Shown here in pieces: positions 11,453-23,099 of a stretch of DNA of 64,000 bases. How positions within the stretch are numbered: the stretch's first letter is position 1; each line of letters begins with the position of its first letter. The notes beneath the pieces were generated by a model. It searched no databases. It was not told the origin of the DNA and worked only from the letters and a program-made list of their open reading frames with translations. The stretch comes from Hemiscyllium ocellatum (lineage: Eukaryota), in NCBI RefSeq assembly GCF_020745735.1, contig NC_083417.1, positions 71,920,001 through 71,984,000 on the forward strand. Direction: 5' to 3'. Both the position numbers and the translations under genes were made by a program.

Positions 11453-12349
11453 ATGGCAGCGAAGGCAGTGCAATGTTCCTCTTGCAACATGTATGAGGTG
11501 AGGGAAGCCTTTAGCGTCCCTGCTGATTACACTTGCAAGAAGTGCACCCATCTCCAGCTCCTCCAAGACCGTGTTAGGGAACTGGAACTGGAGTTGGATG
11601 AACTGCGGATCATTCGGGAGGCAGAGGTGGTCATAGATCAGAGCTTTAGGGAAGTAGTTACTCCGAAAGTTATAGAGAGATGGGTGACAGTGAGGGGGAG
11701 TGGGAGGAAGCAGCCAGTGCAGGGACCCACTGCGGTCATTCCCCTCAAGAACAAGTATACCATTTTGGATACTTGTGGGGGGGATGACTTACCGGGGTAA
11801 GCAAAGAGGTTCAGGCCTCTGGCACGGAGCCTGGCCCCGTTGCTCAGAAGGGAAGGGTGGGGAAAGGTAGAGCGATAGTTATTGGGGACTCAATAGTGAG
11901 GGGCACAGATAGGCAGTTTTGCGGGGGCGACAGAGACTCACGATTGGTATGTTGCCTCCCAGGTGCAAGGGTACGTGATGTCTCTGATCGTGTTTTCCAG
12001 GTCCTTGAGGGGGAGGGGGAGCAGCCCCAGATCGTGGTCCACGTTGGCACCAACGACATAGGTAGGAAGAGGGGTGAGAATGTTAGGCAGGCTTTCAGGG
12101 AGCTCGGTTGTTGTCTCTGGTTTGTTACCCGTGCCACGTGATAGAGAGTCGAGGAATAGGGAGAGAGAACAGTTAAATGCGTGGCTACAGGGATGGTGCA
12201 GGAGGGAGGGATTCCGGTTTCTGGACAACTGGGGTTCTTTCTGGGGAAGGTGGGACCTCTATAAACAGGATGGTCTACACCTGAACCTGAGGGGCACCAG
12301 TATCTTTGGGGAGAGGTTTGCTAGTGCTCTTTGGGAGGGTTTAAACTAA
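11453..12349 (+). pseudogene. CR1 ORF1 (CxxC...CxxC zinc finger, leucine zipper, SGNH/GDSL esterase), disrupted
   Basis: CSSC...CKKC, then IGDSIVRG, HVGTND and DGLH motifs. Frame change near 11795 and a further frameshifting deletion near 12110 split it over three ORFs. Confidence 0.92.
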
Positions 12350-15235
12350 CTCTGCAGGGGCATGGGAACCTGGACTGTAGCTTTAGGGTACAGGACCTTG
12401 AGTGTAGGGAGGTTAGGAACATGGCATCGATCTCGAAGGAGGGTGCCTGTAAACAGGAAGGTGGCTTGAAGTGTGCATACTTCAATGCCAGAAGTATAAG
12501 AAATAAGGTAGGTGAACTTGCAGCGTGGGTTGGTACCTGGGACTTCGATGTTGTGGCTATTACAGAGACGTGTGTAGAACAGGGGCAGGAATGGCTGTTG
12601 CAGGTTCCAGGGTTTAAATGTTTTAGTAGGGTCAGAGATGGGGGTAAAAGAGGGGGAGGTGTGGCATTGCTTGTTAAGGATAGTATTACAGCGGTGGAAA
12701 GGATGATGGAGGAAGACTTGCCATCTGAGGTAGTTTGGGCTGAGGTTAGAAATAGGAAAGGTGAGATCACCCTGTTAGGAGTTTTCTACAGGCCTCCTAA
12801 TAGTCCGAGAGAAGTAGAGGAAAGTATTGCGAGGATGATTCAGGAGAAGAGTGAAAGTAGCAGGGTAGTTGTTAGGGGGGACTTTGACTTCCCAGATATT
12901 GACTGGGAAAGCTATAGCACGAGTTTGTTAGATGGGTTGGTGTTTGTCCAATGTGTGCAGGAGGGTTTCCTGACACAATATGTAGACAGGCCAACAAGAG
13001 GTGAGGCCATACTTGATTTGGTTCTAGGTAATGAACCAGGCCAGGTGTTAGACTTGGAGGTAGGTGAGCACTTCGGGGACAGTGACCACAACTCGGTGAC
13101 TTTTACTCTTGTGATGGAGAGGGATAAGTGTGCACTGCAGGGCAAGAGTTATAGCTGGGGGCAGGGAAATTATGATGTGGTGAGGCATGACTTGGGATGC
13201 GTGGATTGGAAAAATAGGCTTCAAGGGAAGAACACAAATGATATGTGGAGATTGTTCAAGGAACAGCTAATGGGTGTCCTTGATAAGTATGTGCCAGTCA
13301 GGCAGGGAGTAAAGGGTCTTGTGAGGGAGCCGTGGTTTACTAAGGAATTGGAATCCCTTGTGAAAGGGAAGAGGGCGGCCTATGTAAAGATGAGGCATGA
13401 AGGTTCAGTTGGGGCGATTGAGAGTTATAAGGTAGCCAGGAAGGATCTAAAGAGAGAGCTAAGAGCAGCGAGAAGGGGACATGAAAAGTCCTTAGTTGGT
13501 AGGATTAGGGAAAACCCAAAGGCTTTCTATAGGTATGTCAGGAATAAAAGGATGACTAGGGTAGGTATCGGTCCAGTCAAGGATAGTAGTGGGAAGTTGT
13601 GCGTGGAGGCGGAAGAGATTGGAGAGACACTAAATCAAGACTTTTCGTCAGTATTCACTCAGGAACAGGACATTGTTGCTGATGTGAATATTGGGTCACA
13701 AGTGATTAGAATGGATGGCCTCAAGGTATGTAGGGAAGAGGTCTGGGGAATACTGGAAAGGATGAAAATAGATAAGTCCCCTGGGCCTGATGGCATTTAT
13801 CCTAGGATCCTCTGGGAAGCTAGGGAGGAGATAGCGGAGCCATTGGCCTTGATTTTTATGTCGTCGGTGTATACGGGAATAGTGCCAGAAGACTGGAGGA
13901 TAGCGAATGTGGTCCCCTTGTTCAAGAAGGGGAGTAGGGATAGCCCTAGTAACTATAGGCCAGTGAGTCTCACTTCTGTTGTGGGCAAAGTCTTAGAGAG
14001 AATTGTAAGGGATAGGATTTATGAACATCTGGATAGGAATAATGTGTTCAAGGATAGTCAGCATGGTTTTGTGAAGGGCAGGTCGTGCCTCACAAACCTT
14101 ATTGAGTTCTTTGAGAAGGTGACCAAGGAAGTGGACGAGGGTAAAGCAGTAGATGTGGTGTATATGGATTTTAGCAAGGCATTCGATAAGGTACCCCATG
14201 GTAGGCTAATGCAAAAACTACGGAGGTATGGCATTGAGGGTGCATTAGAGGTTTGGATTAGGAATTGGCTGGCTGGAAGGAGACAGAGGGTAGTAGTTGA
14301 TGGTTTAGGTTCATCTTGGAGTGCAGTTACTAGTGGTGTTCCACAAGGATCTGTTTTGGGACCATTGCTGTTTGTCATTTTTATAAATGAACTAGAGGAG
14401 GGGCTTGAAGGCTGGGTGAGCAAGTTTGCGGATGACACGAAAGTTGGTGGAGTTGTGGAGAGCGAAGAAGGATGTGGCAGGTTACAGCGCGATATAGATA
14501 AGTTGCAGAGCTGGGCAGAAAGGTGGCAAATGGAGTTCAATGTAGCGAAGTGTGAAGTCATTCACTTTGGTAGTAGTAACAAGAAGATGGATTACTGGGC
14601 TAATGGTAGGTTACTTGGTAGTGTGGATGAGCAGAGGGATCTTGGTGTCCATGTACACAGATCTCTGAAAGTTGCCACCCCAGGTAAATAGTGCTGTGAA
14701 GAAGGCATATGGCGTACTGGCTTTTATTGGTAGAGGAATTGAGTTCCGGAGTCCTGAGGTCATGTTGCAGTTGTATAAGACTCTGGTGCGGCCTCATCTG
14801 GAGTATCGTGTGCAGTTTTGGTCGCCATACTATAGGAAGGATGTGGAGGCATTGGAACGAGTGCAGAGGAGGTTTACCAGGATGTTGCCTGGTATGGTAG
14901 GAAGATCGTATGAGGAAAGGCTGAGGCACTTGGGGCTGTTCTCATTGGAGAAAAGAAGGTTTAGGGGAGATTTGATAGAGGTGTACAAGATGATTAGGGG
15001 TTTAGATAGGGTTGACAATGAGAACCTTTTTCCGCTAATGGAGTCAGCTGTTACTAGGGGACACAGCTTTAAATTAAGGGGTGGTAGGTATAGGACAGAT
15101 GTTAGGGGTAGATTCTTTACTCAGCGGGTTGTGAGTTCATGGAATGCCCTGCCAGGAGCAGTGGTGGACTCTCCCTCTTTATGGTCATTTAAGTGGACAT
15201 TGGATAGGCATATGGAGGTTATTGGGCTAGTGTAG
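12331..15235 (+). pseudogene. CR1 ORF2 (APE endonuclease plus reverse transcriptase) with one +1 frameshift near 14680
   Basis: YFNARS, ITET, GDFD, SDHN (APE); KSPGPDG, DFSKAFD, QGSVLGP, FADD (RT). The C-terminus continues in ORF 14672-15235 after gccacCCCagg. Confidence 0.95.
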
Positions 15236-15569
15236 GTTAGGTAGGCTTCGGTCGGTGCAACATCGAGGGCCGAAGGGCCTGTACTGCGCTGTATTTTTCT
15301 ATGTTCTATGTCTCTTATTTGAGTTTTTAAACTAATAATAAATTTGACTGGGTATGTTAACTTTACAGCAACGATTGTGGTAAAGATGACAGAGCCATTA
15401 ATAGAGGGATTTGAACATATAGTCCCAATGCATTACCTAGGCTGTGCAGTGACATTATCCCTTCCTTGGCTGGAAGTGGGGTCAAGCAGTTAAATAGCCT
15501 ATCCTCCCATGTTCCTAGTTCATTTCTGCATCATTTGCTGCTTCATTTATCGAGGTGATCATGGAACAT

Positions 15570-15785
15570 GAATCATAGAATCATGGAATCCCTACAGTGT
15601 GGAAACAGGCCATTCGGTCTAAAATGTCCACACCAACCTTCGAAGAGTAACCCACCCAGATCCATTTCCCTTACCCCACTACTCTACATTTATCCCTGAC
15701 TAATGCATCTAATCTGCACATCCCTGAACACTGTGGGCAATTTAGTGTGTCCAATTCACCTAACCTGCACATCCTTGGATTGAAG
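15570..15785 (-). mobile_element. HE1-like SINE 3' part
   Basis: aatcatagaatcat...gtgtggaaacaggccattcgg...aattcacctaacctgcacatcc is the reverse complement of the SINE tail. Confidence 0.65.
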
Positions 15786-16614
15786 CAGCTGATGCAGTGG
15801 CTCCTGTATGAAGAAGGTTGAAATTCCCAAGAGAGATTAAATAATTAAATAATCAAGATTAACTGCTTACATACATTTGATGGGTAATCCTTTGAAAGTC
15901 GAGATCATTGAGGATCATAAATGGTCACTTGCAGGCTCGGACATCAAAATATGTACAACAACCAACAGACATAATGCCTGAGTTTATACAATCTGGTTGC
16001 TATGACCAGTTTTTTTAGCAGTTTCTTTTTTAGTAGTCACATCGACACATGGCAGCTACTTTACAGTCTAGAGATAGTTCGTCCTACAGAAATAGCCAGT
16101 GATTATTTCCAGGCCATGTGTCATTTCTTCCTTTGAAATGCATGAATGTCTTTATAAGGCATATAAATTGAGTCTGCATATATTCTACAAGCCATTTGAA
16201 GTGGCGTGTATTCAGGATATAGTACCAAGAATGACTATAACCAATGTACCCCCAGTCAATATGTCTTTCAATGCCGTTCATGTGAGTAATTGACTATTTT
16301 ACCATTCAATATTTAACTCCTCAAAGCTTACAGGGGAAATTCCCAGATGAAAACTCTTATGTTGCCCTTTACTTTAATTTTAGTTAACCACACCATCCGG
16401 TGACTTTTAACTTGAGGAACAACAGAAATATTGAGCACATTCTACCACATGGTTCCATCATCAAAGCCTTGTCTCCTTCTTAACCGACAAGTCATTTCTA
16501 ACTCGTTGGCTAACTAATCATTAATGCAACACAAGTCCAGAGGTATACTGAACCGAGCAACTTACCTTTGTGATGAAATAATCTTTTTTGCATATAAATT
16601 TGCATTTGTTCTGT

Positions 16615-17335
16615 GTAAGGAGGATTTGAGCTGTCGGGAGAGGCTGAATAGGCTGGGGCTGTTTTCCCTGTAAAGTTGGAGGCTGAGGGGTGACTTTATA
16701 GAACTTAATAAAATCATGAGGGGTATGGATAGGGTAAATGGACAAGGTCTTTTCTCTGGGATGGGGGAGTTCAGAACTAGAGGGCATAGATTTAGGGAAG
16801 GAGGGTAAAAATTTAAAAGGGACCTAAGGGGCAACTATTTCATGCAGAGGGTGGTGCATGTATGGAATGAGCTGCCAGAGGAAGTGGTGGAGGTTGGTAC
16901 AATTAGAACATTTAAAAGGCATCTGGATGGGAATATGAATAGGAAGGGTTTAGTGGGATCACAATTACCCCACCTCCATTTACCTCTTGCACTCTCAGCT
17001 ACCTTCCCCCCAGCCCACCTCCCCCCACCCCCACCGCCCCCACTCCCCACCCATTTATCTCTCCACCCCCTTGGTTCACAGCCTCATTCTTGATGAGGGT
17101 CTTTTGCCCAAAACATCGATTCTCCTGCTCCTCAGATGCTGCCTGACCTGTTGTGCTTTTCCAGCACCACATTCTCTCGACTCTAATTTCCAGCATCTGC
17201 AGTCCTCACCTTCGCCGTAGAGGGATATGGGCCAAATGCTGGTAAATGGGATTGGATTAGGTTGGGATATCTGGTTTGCATGGACGAGTAGGACCGAAGG
17301 GTCTGTTTCCGTGTTGTACATCTCTATGACTCTCT
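16615..17335 (+). mobile_element. CR1 3' fragment containing a PLE pLTR insertion (16960-17217)
   Basis: CR1 C-terminal coding relic (QRVVHVWNELPEEVVE). The insertion is flanked by TAGTGGGAT (16951-16959) and TAGAGGGAT (17218-17226). Confidence 0.8.
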
Positions 17336-18664
17336 GACTCTAAGGCAGCAATTTAAATATTGCAACGTTCTGGCAACAAGTTGTTATATTTGTTCACGTG
17401 GCTCTGTCATGCTTAGGAACAAAGGCAGGGATTGTTGCAAACTTTTCACTAGGTCACTTCGAACAGTTCAAGTGTTACTGATCATCAGCTTTACTTAGTT
17501 GGATGGAAATAGTCGAAGGATAAAGTTGGAGCATGAAGGCAGGCGGAGATGAGGCCCCATCTCAAAAAGGCACTGTAGTAGCAGGTTCCGAGTAGTTTAG
17601 GTTGATGAGATGACCTGGGAAGAATCAAAGTGCTTAGGGTAGGGTGTTGGAAATGCCTTGGCGGATTTTTGTGAGGTCTTGGAAGAAGCTGCGTGTGTGC
17701 GTGTGTCTGACGGAGTAAAATTGCAAGAAAGGAACATGGTTGAGAAAAATAATCTTGAAGTTGGTTGACAATCGGAAATTCATGCTTCCTCCTGCAAACG
17801 TAAAGGCCCATTAAAAGAATTTTTCTATCATAAGTGGAGAGAAGTGTTCAAATTATGAGCCTTGTATTCTGCCAATCTTACTTGTTGCATGTACACAACT
17901 TATTATTTTTGAGTTCAGATTTTATTGCCCTGTTAAAATATATGTGTGTGAGTAAAATGGTTATTTGTATAATTTGTATTAAAATGTATTTGTTTATAAT
18001 GACAAGAAGTTGTTTTATTTTCAAGGCCAGTGTAAGAAAACCCTACCATTGTAAAGAAAGGGGAAATGAGATGAAATCCATTTTTTAAGAACTTATATAA
18101 CCATTTATCCCATGTAAGCCAGCAATCTGTGAATATTGTAACATTCTGAGAACAGGACATTCCAGTAGTCGCGATATTCAACTGTCCCAATGACTGATAC
18201 CATTGCATGCACTTAAGGACGAGGTCTGGGATTATTGCAAAGTTTTCAATATGTCACACAGAATAGCTCAAGGTTAACTCAGTAGTCAGTTATAGATAAT
18301 TGGTGGCACTACCCCAAAATAATGTATTGCTGCAGTAGGCTCAGAGTAGTTAGGACTCTGGAGAATTCCTGGGCGCAGGAATGTAGGTGGGGCTACATGT
18401 TGGGATTAGGGTACAGGAAAATTCCTGGGTACTGTCAGAACTTAGACAAAGCCATGTGCCATTAACAGCTTAGTTCAGCTGAGAGTGAGGGAGATGGAAG
18501 CCCAACAGCAGTGTTTGCTTTCTGCAGTTTTAGGAGAATTGCACAGTTAGTACTCGTTTAGTAAAGCCAGCTGTCTATAAAACAAAAGCTGGAATAGAGA
18601 CTATAATTTGGACTGGATTTCAGTTTCAAGAAAGGATAGGAAAGGAGGGTGACACACCAGAACA

Positions 18665-18780
18665 TGTACTGTCTTTCTGATGAAGAGTCACTGGATTGAA
18701 ACGTTAACTCTGCTTCCTTCCCACAGATGCTGCCCGTCCTGCTGATATTCTTCATAGAGTCAGACAGCAAGGAAACAGAC
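18665..18780 (+). mobile_element. PLE-type terminal repeat, third hammerhead family (decayed)
   Basis: tt CTGATGA agagtc actg gatt GAAAC GTT aac. Related copies at about 20250-20400 and 32290-32420. Confidence 0.55.
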
Positions 18781-19130
18781 TCTTTGTTCCAACCATTCCA
18801 TGCCAAGTATCATGTCCAACTAAACTAATCCAACCTGCCTGTACTTGGCGCACGTCCCTCCAAACATTTATTCTTCATGTACATATCTAGATGTCTTATA
18901 ATTGTTGTAACTGTGCCTGCATCTATTACTTCCTCTGGAAGTTCATTCCACACATGAACAACACTCAGTTTAAAAAAAAATTGCCCCACATGTCTTTTTT
19001 AAATCTTTCTCCTGTCACCTTCAAAACATACCCCCTAGTCTTGAAATCCCCCATCTTAGGGAAAAGGCACCTGCCGTTCACCTTATCTATACCCTTCATG
19101 AATTTATAAACCTCTATGAGGTCACCCATA
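18770..19130 (-). mobile_element. CR1 3' fragment
   Basis: Reverse complement of the CR1 ORF2 end and UTR, matching 16620-16950. Confidence 0.7.
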
Positions 19131-19324
19131 CTGCAACTTCTGTATTTACTTCAGGTCTCCAGCATCCATGGTTTTGTTTTATGAACAGCCTTGATGAAGT
19201 GGCTTTTGATGGAGTTCAGAAGCTAGGTATTTGTAAAAGAAGAAGCTTCTGATGATTGTGTAAGATTCACCTTTTTACGTTTGCTATTTGATGTGCTGTG
19301 TGGAGTTTTTAAAATTAATAATGA

Positions 19325-20230
19325 AATATGGGTGTCTGTAGCTGGGCCACCATTTATTATCAATCCCTAGTTATCTCAACAACACTCTCCACGGTCATAC
19401 TATTAACTGTGTAGCCATGGTTTGTCCTGCCAAAATGTAACATCTCGCATTTATCTAAATTAAATTCCATATGCCATTCCTTTGCCCAGTGGCCCAGTTG
19501 TTCACAATCCCATTGTACTCTAAGAAGATGGTAGTGAACTGCTTTCTTGAATGACTGCAGTCCACGTTTTGTAGGTGGATCTAATATGCCCTTAGGAAGA
19601 GAGTTCCAGGATTTTAATCCAGCAACAGTGAAGAAATGAGAGTATATTTCCAAGTCAGAATGGTGAGTTGCTTAGAGGGGTAACTTGGCAGTCTCATGTA
19701 TCTGCTGTCCTTGTCCTTACTGATGGAAGTTGATTGGATTTGCAAGGTACTGTCTAAGAAGCCTTGGTGAATTTCTGCAGTACACACTGCAGATGATTCT
19801 CTCTGCTGCAACTGAACATTGGTGCTGCAGGAATAGGGGCTTGTGGATGCAGTGCCAGTCAAGTGTGCTGCTTTAGTCTGGATGGTGTCAAGCTTTGTGA
19901 GGAGCGTACCCATCCAGGCAAATGAGAAACATTCCATCACATTCCTGATTTGTGCCTTGTAGATGGTGGGCAGGCTTTGCGATGTCAGGAGTGAGTTAGT
20001 CACCGCAGTATTCCTAGCTTCTGATCTGCTCTTATAGCCATAGTATCAATATGACTATTCCAGCTGACTTTCTGCTCAATAGTGACTCAATACTGATGTT
20101 ATTAGTAGGAGATTCAGTGATGGTAGCACCATTAAATACTGAAGAGTTGTGGCTAGATCCTCTCTTATTGGAGATGGTCATTGTGTAGCAATTCTATGGC
20201 ACAAATGTTCTTTACCACGTTTTAGCCCAA
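19325..20230 (-). mobile_element. L2/CR1-group LINE RT C-terminal fragment with a nested CR1 piece (about 19385-19510)
   Basis: ORF 19614-20003 IYKAQIRNVMECFSFAWMG...KLDTIQTKAA is homologous to 26411-26650. Confidence 0.7.
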
Positions 20231-21509
20231 GCCAGGAGTTAATATTTCGGATCGAGTGACTGTTCGTCAGAATCTGACCTGAAACGTTAACTCTGATTTC
20301 TCTCCACAGATACTGCCAGGCCTGCTGAGCTTTTTCAGCAATTTCTGTTTTTGTTTCTGATTTACGGCATCTGCAGGTTTTATTCTGGTTTTTATTGTTA
20401 GACTGCAGTCTGCCTGTTACCCATATTTATCACGTGTTAATTCTGTATTTTGGAGAAAACTTTGTATAATTATTGTGGATTATTTTATTTGTTTAATAAA
20501 GATTATTGTTGTTTGTTGAAAATCATAGCAGTTCTGACTTTATTTTCTTAATAAACCTATAATATCAAACTTCATCTATTTCAAGCAAACAATATTACTG
20601 ATCCTTAATCAGATCAGAACATAGCTTGGTCTGGATTCATAACGTGATCCCGGGGAGAGAAAATAAACTTTCTCCTTACTAACTCAAAATTGTTGACATT
20701 TTCAATTACAGAAGAATTGTTTGTCACATTCAATGTTTTGTTATTGGACTAGTAACGTAAAGCGAGTGTGAGAAGTCTTGTGTTTATTTCATTTGGCACA
20801 GTATTCGGACAATCTGCTCTATTTTAGTTTGTGGGAGTGGAGGCACTGGTCACAGAGATTGTGCTTTGCATCCCTTTAGCCAGCAGGCGGTAGCAGAGAC
20901 CAGTCATGGTGAATTCTGCCTTGCTCTCCCACAGGTTTGCTGGCTGACTCGGCAACATCTGTCCAGCATTATCGTTGCTAACTATCGATATTAAACTAAA
21001 CGGTGACTGGAAGGATACTTTCTCATCTTACCATCCAAATGTGAACTGATGCTGCGGATCAGACTTCCTTTGTAGAAACCCACAGAATTTATTTTTTTCC
21101 CAATTGGAATAGCAATCGAGCGTTTTGCAGTGGGAGCCGAGGACGAGAATTGACCTGCCATTCTAATGCAGGAGCGCACGTTGAGCTGAATATTTTAACC
21201 TGATGGCCCCTGGCTGCCTGAATTGGGCAGCCATGATTAAACCATTGCAATGAAATAACAGATAAATTTTATTGATTCTTTACACGGCGCAGGAACTCAA
21301 CTGGTTATGGGTACATTCAGGATATGTCCATTTGGGGACAGTTGTGCAATTTTACCTCAATATTGGTGACCAGTAGATTAGCTGCACCGATACAGACGGT
21401 CCTGACGCCCCACTCCTGGGTGGGGAGGTGGAATTGACATGACTCCCAGTATTACTCCATTTAAGACGTTGTACTCAACGTTTTGACAGCGCTGTCAATG
21501 AGTCGAAGG

Positions 21510-21645
21510 GCGTGGTGCTGGAAAAGCACAGCAGGTCAGGCAGCATCCCAGGAGCAGGAGAATCAACGTTTCGGGCATGAACCCTTCATCAGGGCTCCTG
21601 CTTTTCCAGCACCACACTCTCGACTCTGATCTCCAGCATCAATTT
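21510..21645 (-). mobile_element. PLE pLTR with hammerhead motif (21561-21595, minus strand) and truncated inverted arm
   Basis: Minus strand gcc CTGATGA agggt tcat gccc GAAAC GTT gatt: core intact, stem I weak. Confidence 0.7.
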
Positions 21646-22406
21646 CTCCTAGCTCTGTCAATGATGCAACTGGAAAACGGGGAACACAGGACAAAGACAG
21701 TAGTGCCAGGACAACAGTGAGAATCATTCAAGAAGGTAACGATGTCGTGAGGAGGTGTACAGAGGCCAGTTCTATTCAATAAACTACCTGTGTAAATACT
21801 TTTATTCAGCTTGTTCAAGAATGTAAGTGCTTTAACCCCAGATCTCCTGGTCCACAGATGGGAACAGTACCACTGCACCACCAGAGGCCTATCAATAGGG
21901 GAATGAGTAGGGGTTCTAGGGCTGTTGTGGTGCAATGGTATTGCCCCTAACTCTGGACCACGTCACATCTATTTCTGAACAGGTCAATTTGAAATTGAGG
22001 GGGGGGGGACAAGTCAAGAGTCGGAGATCTGGGCTGGGAACCTCGCCAAGGTGGGTTTCCTGTGTTCAGGATGATGGACCAGTATTTGGGAAGGCTGATT
22101 AATTTACAAAATAAAATAGAAATTAACAGGAGGGGAGAGAATAGGACACTGGTAAATGATCTCAGTTTGGAGACTATAATGCCACAATAGTCAATTATCT
22201 GTTGACAGCTTGTTTTGCCCGTCAGGTGACCTGTCCAGAGATGTGCAGGTTAAGTGGATTGGCCATGCTAAATTGCCTATGGTGTCCAGGGAGGTGCAGG
22301 CTAGGTGGGTTAGTTGTGGGAAATGCAGGATTACAGGGATAGGATATAAGGGGGAGTCTGGGTGGGATGTTCTTCGAAGGACTGGTGTGGACTTGGTGGG
22401 CTGCTT

Positions 22407-22628
22407 GGAGAAAGTGAGGACTGCAGATGCTGGAGATCAGAGTTCAGAGTGTAGTACTGGAAAAGAACATCAGATCAGGCAGCATCCGAGGAGCAGGAGA
22501 ATCAATGTTTTGAGCATAAGCCCATCATTAGGTTCCTGATGAAGGGCTTATGCCTGAAATGTCGATTCTACTGTTCCTTGGATACTGCCTGACCTGCTGT
22601 GCTTTTCCAGCATCACACTCTTGGCTCT
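22407..22628. mobile_element. Head-to-head inverted pair of PLE pLTRs (palindromic mini-element)
   Basis: Left arm is the reverse complement of the right arm. Plus-strand hammerhead ctgatgaagggcttatgcctgaaatgtc at 22536-22563 shows CpG decay. Confidence 0.8.
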
Positions 22629-23099
22629 AAATAGCCTGCTTCCATGCTGTAGTGATTCAATGATTCTATGACCTGCCCTATTCTACACAACTGGCACTAT
22701 TAATTTTGCTTTCTCTCTGTTAGGGGATGCAATGCCAAAGAGCTTACTAGTACTAACAGCAGGAATATGTTCCTCAGGGTTGTTGCAGTCACTGAGGTTA
22801 CTCTGGTGGCTGAATGATAGCCTCTATCTCCAGTTGTTAGGGACATCCTCCCCAGTGCAGATCCTCCTATGAGCTCTGTTGTGGTGCTGTTATTGCCATG
22901 TTTCATCAGCTCATGTTTGAATCCACTATTCCTCGGGAGTGGGTGACTTCCAGAGGGTTTGAGCAGCAGGCAGGCACTGTAGAAGTTCTCTGAATCTATC
23001 TTGATTACTGCTTTTCCATTTTGGACACTGATGAGAATGATGGTTCCAGGGCAATAGTTTCTCAGATGAATGCTGCATGTTCATGTCTCCAAGGGGGCT

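Larger units (their letters stand above)
10713..15307 (+). mobile_element. Near full-length CR1 LINE, inactivated by frameshifts
   Basis: 5' monomer array, ORF1 (zinc finger/leucine zipper plus SGNH esterase), ORF2 (APE plus RT), and 3' UTR ending gggccgaagggcctgtactgcgctgta-(TTCTATG)n. ATGTCTC at 10712-10718 and 15308-15314 is a possible TSD. Confidence 0.97.

Noticed and set aside
14058-14561. 167-aa minus ORF, and its twins at 40179-40979 and 52419-52922
   Set aside because: Antisense shadow of the CR1 RT region, recurring only where CR1 ORF2 is present.
16084-16293. ORFs open on both strands with a donor-like GTGAGT
   Set aside because: No recognisable homology and no compatible neighbouring exons.
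20878-20957. Possible hairpin (AGCCAGCA/TGCTGGCT) followed by ACA, snoRNA- or miRNA-like
   Set aside because: No H box or second hairpin, the inner stem is asymmetric and GU-rich, and an 8-bp match is expected by chance.
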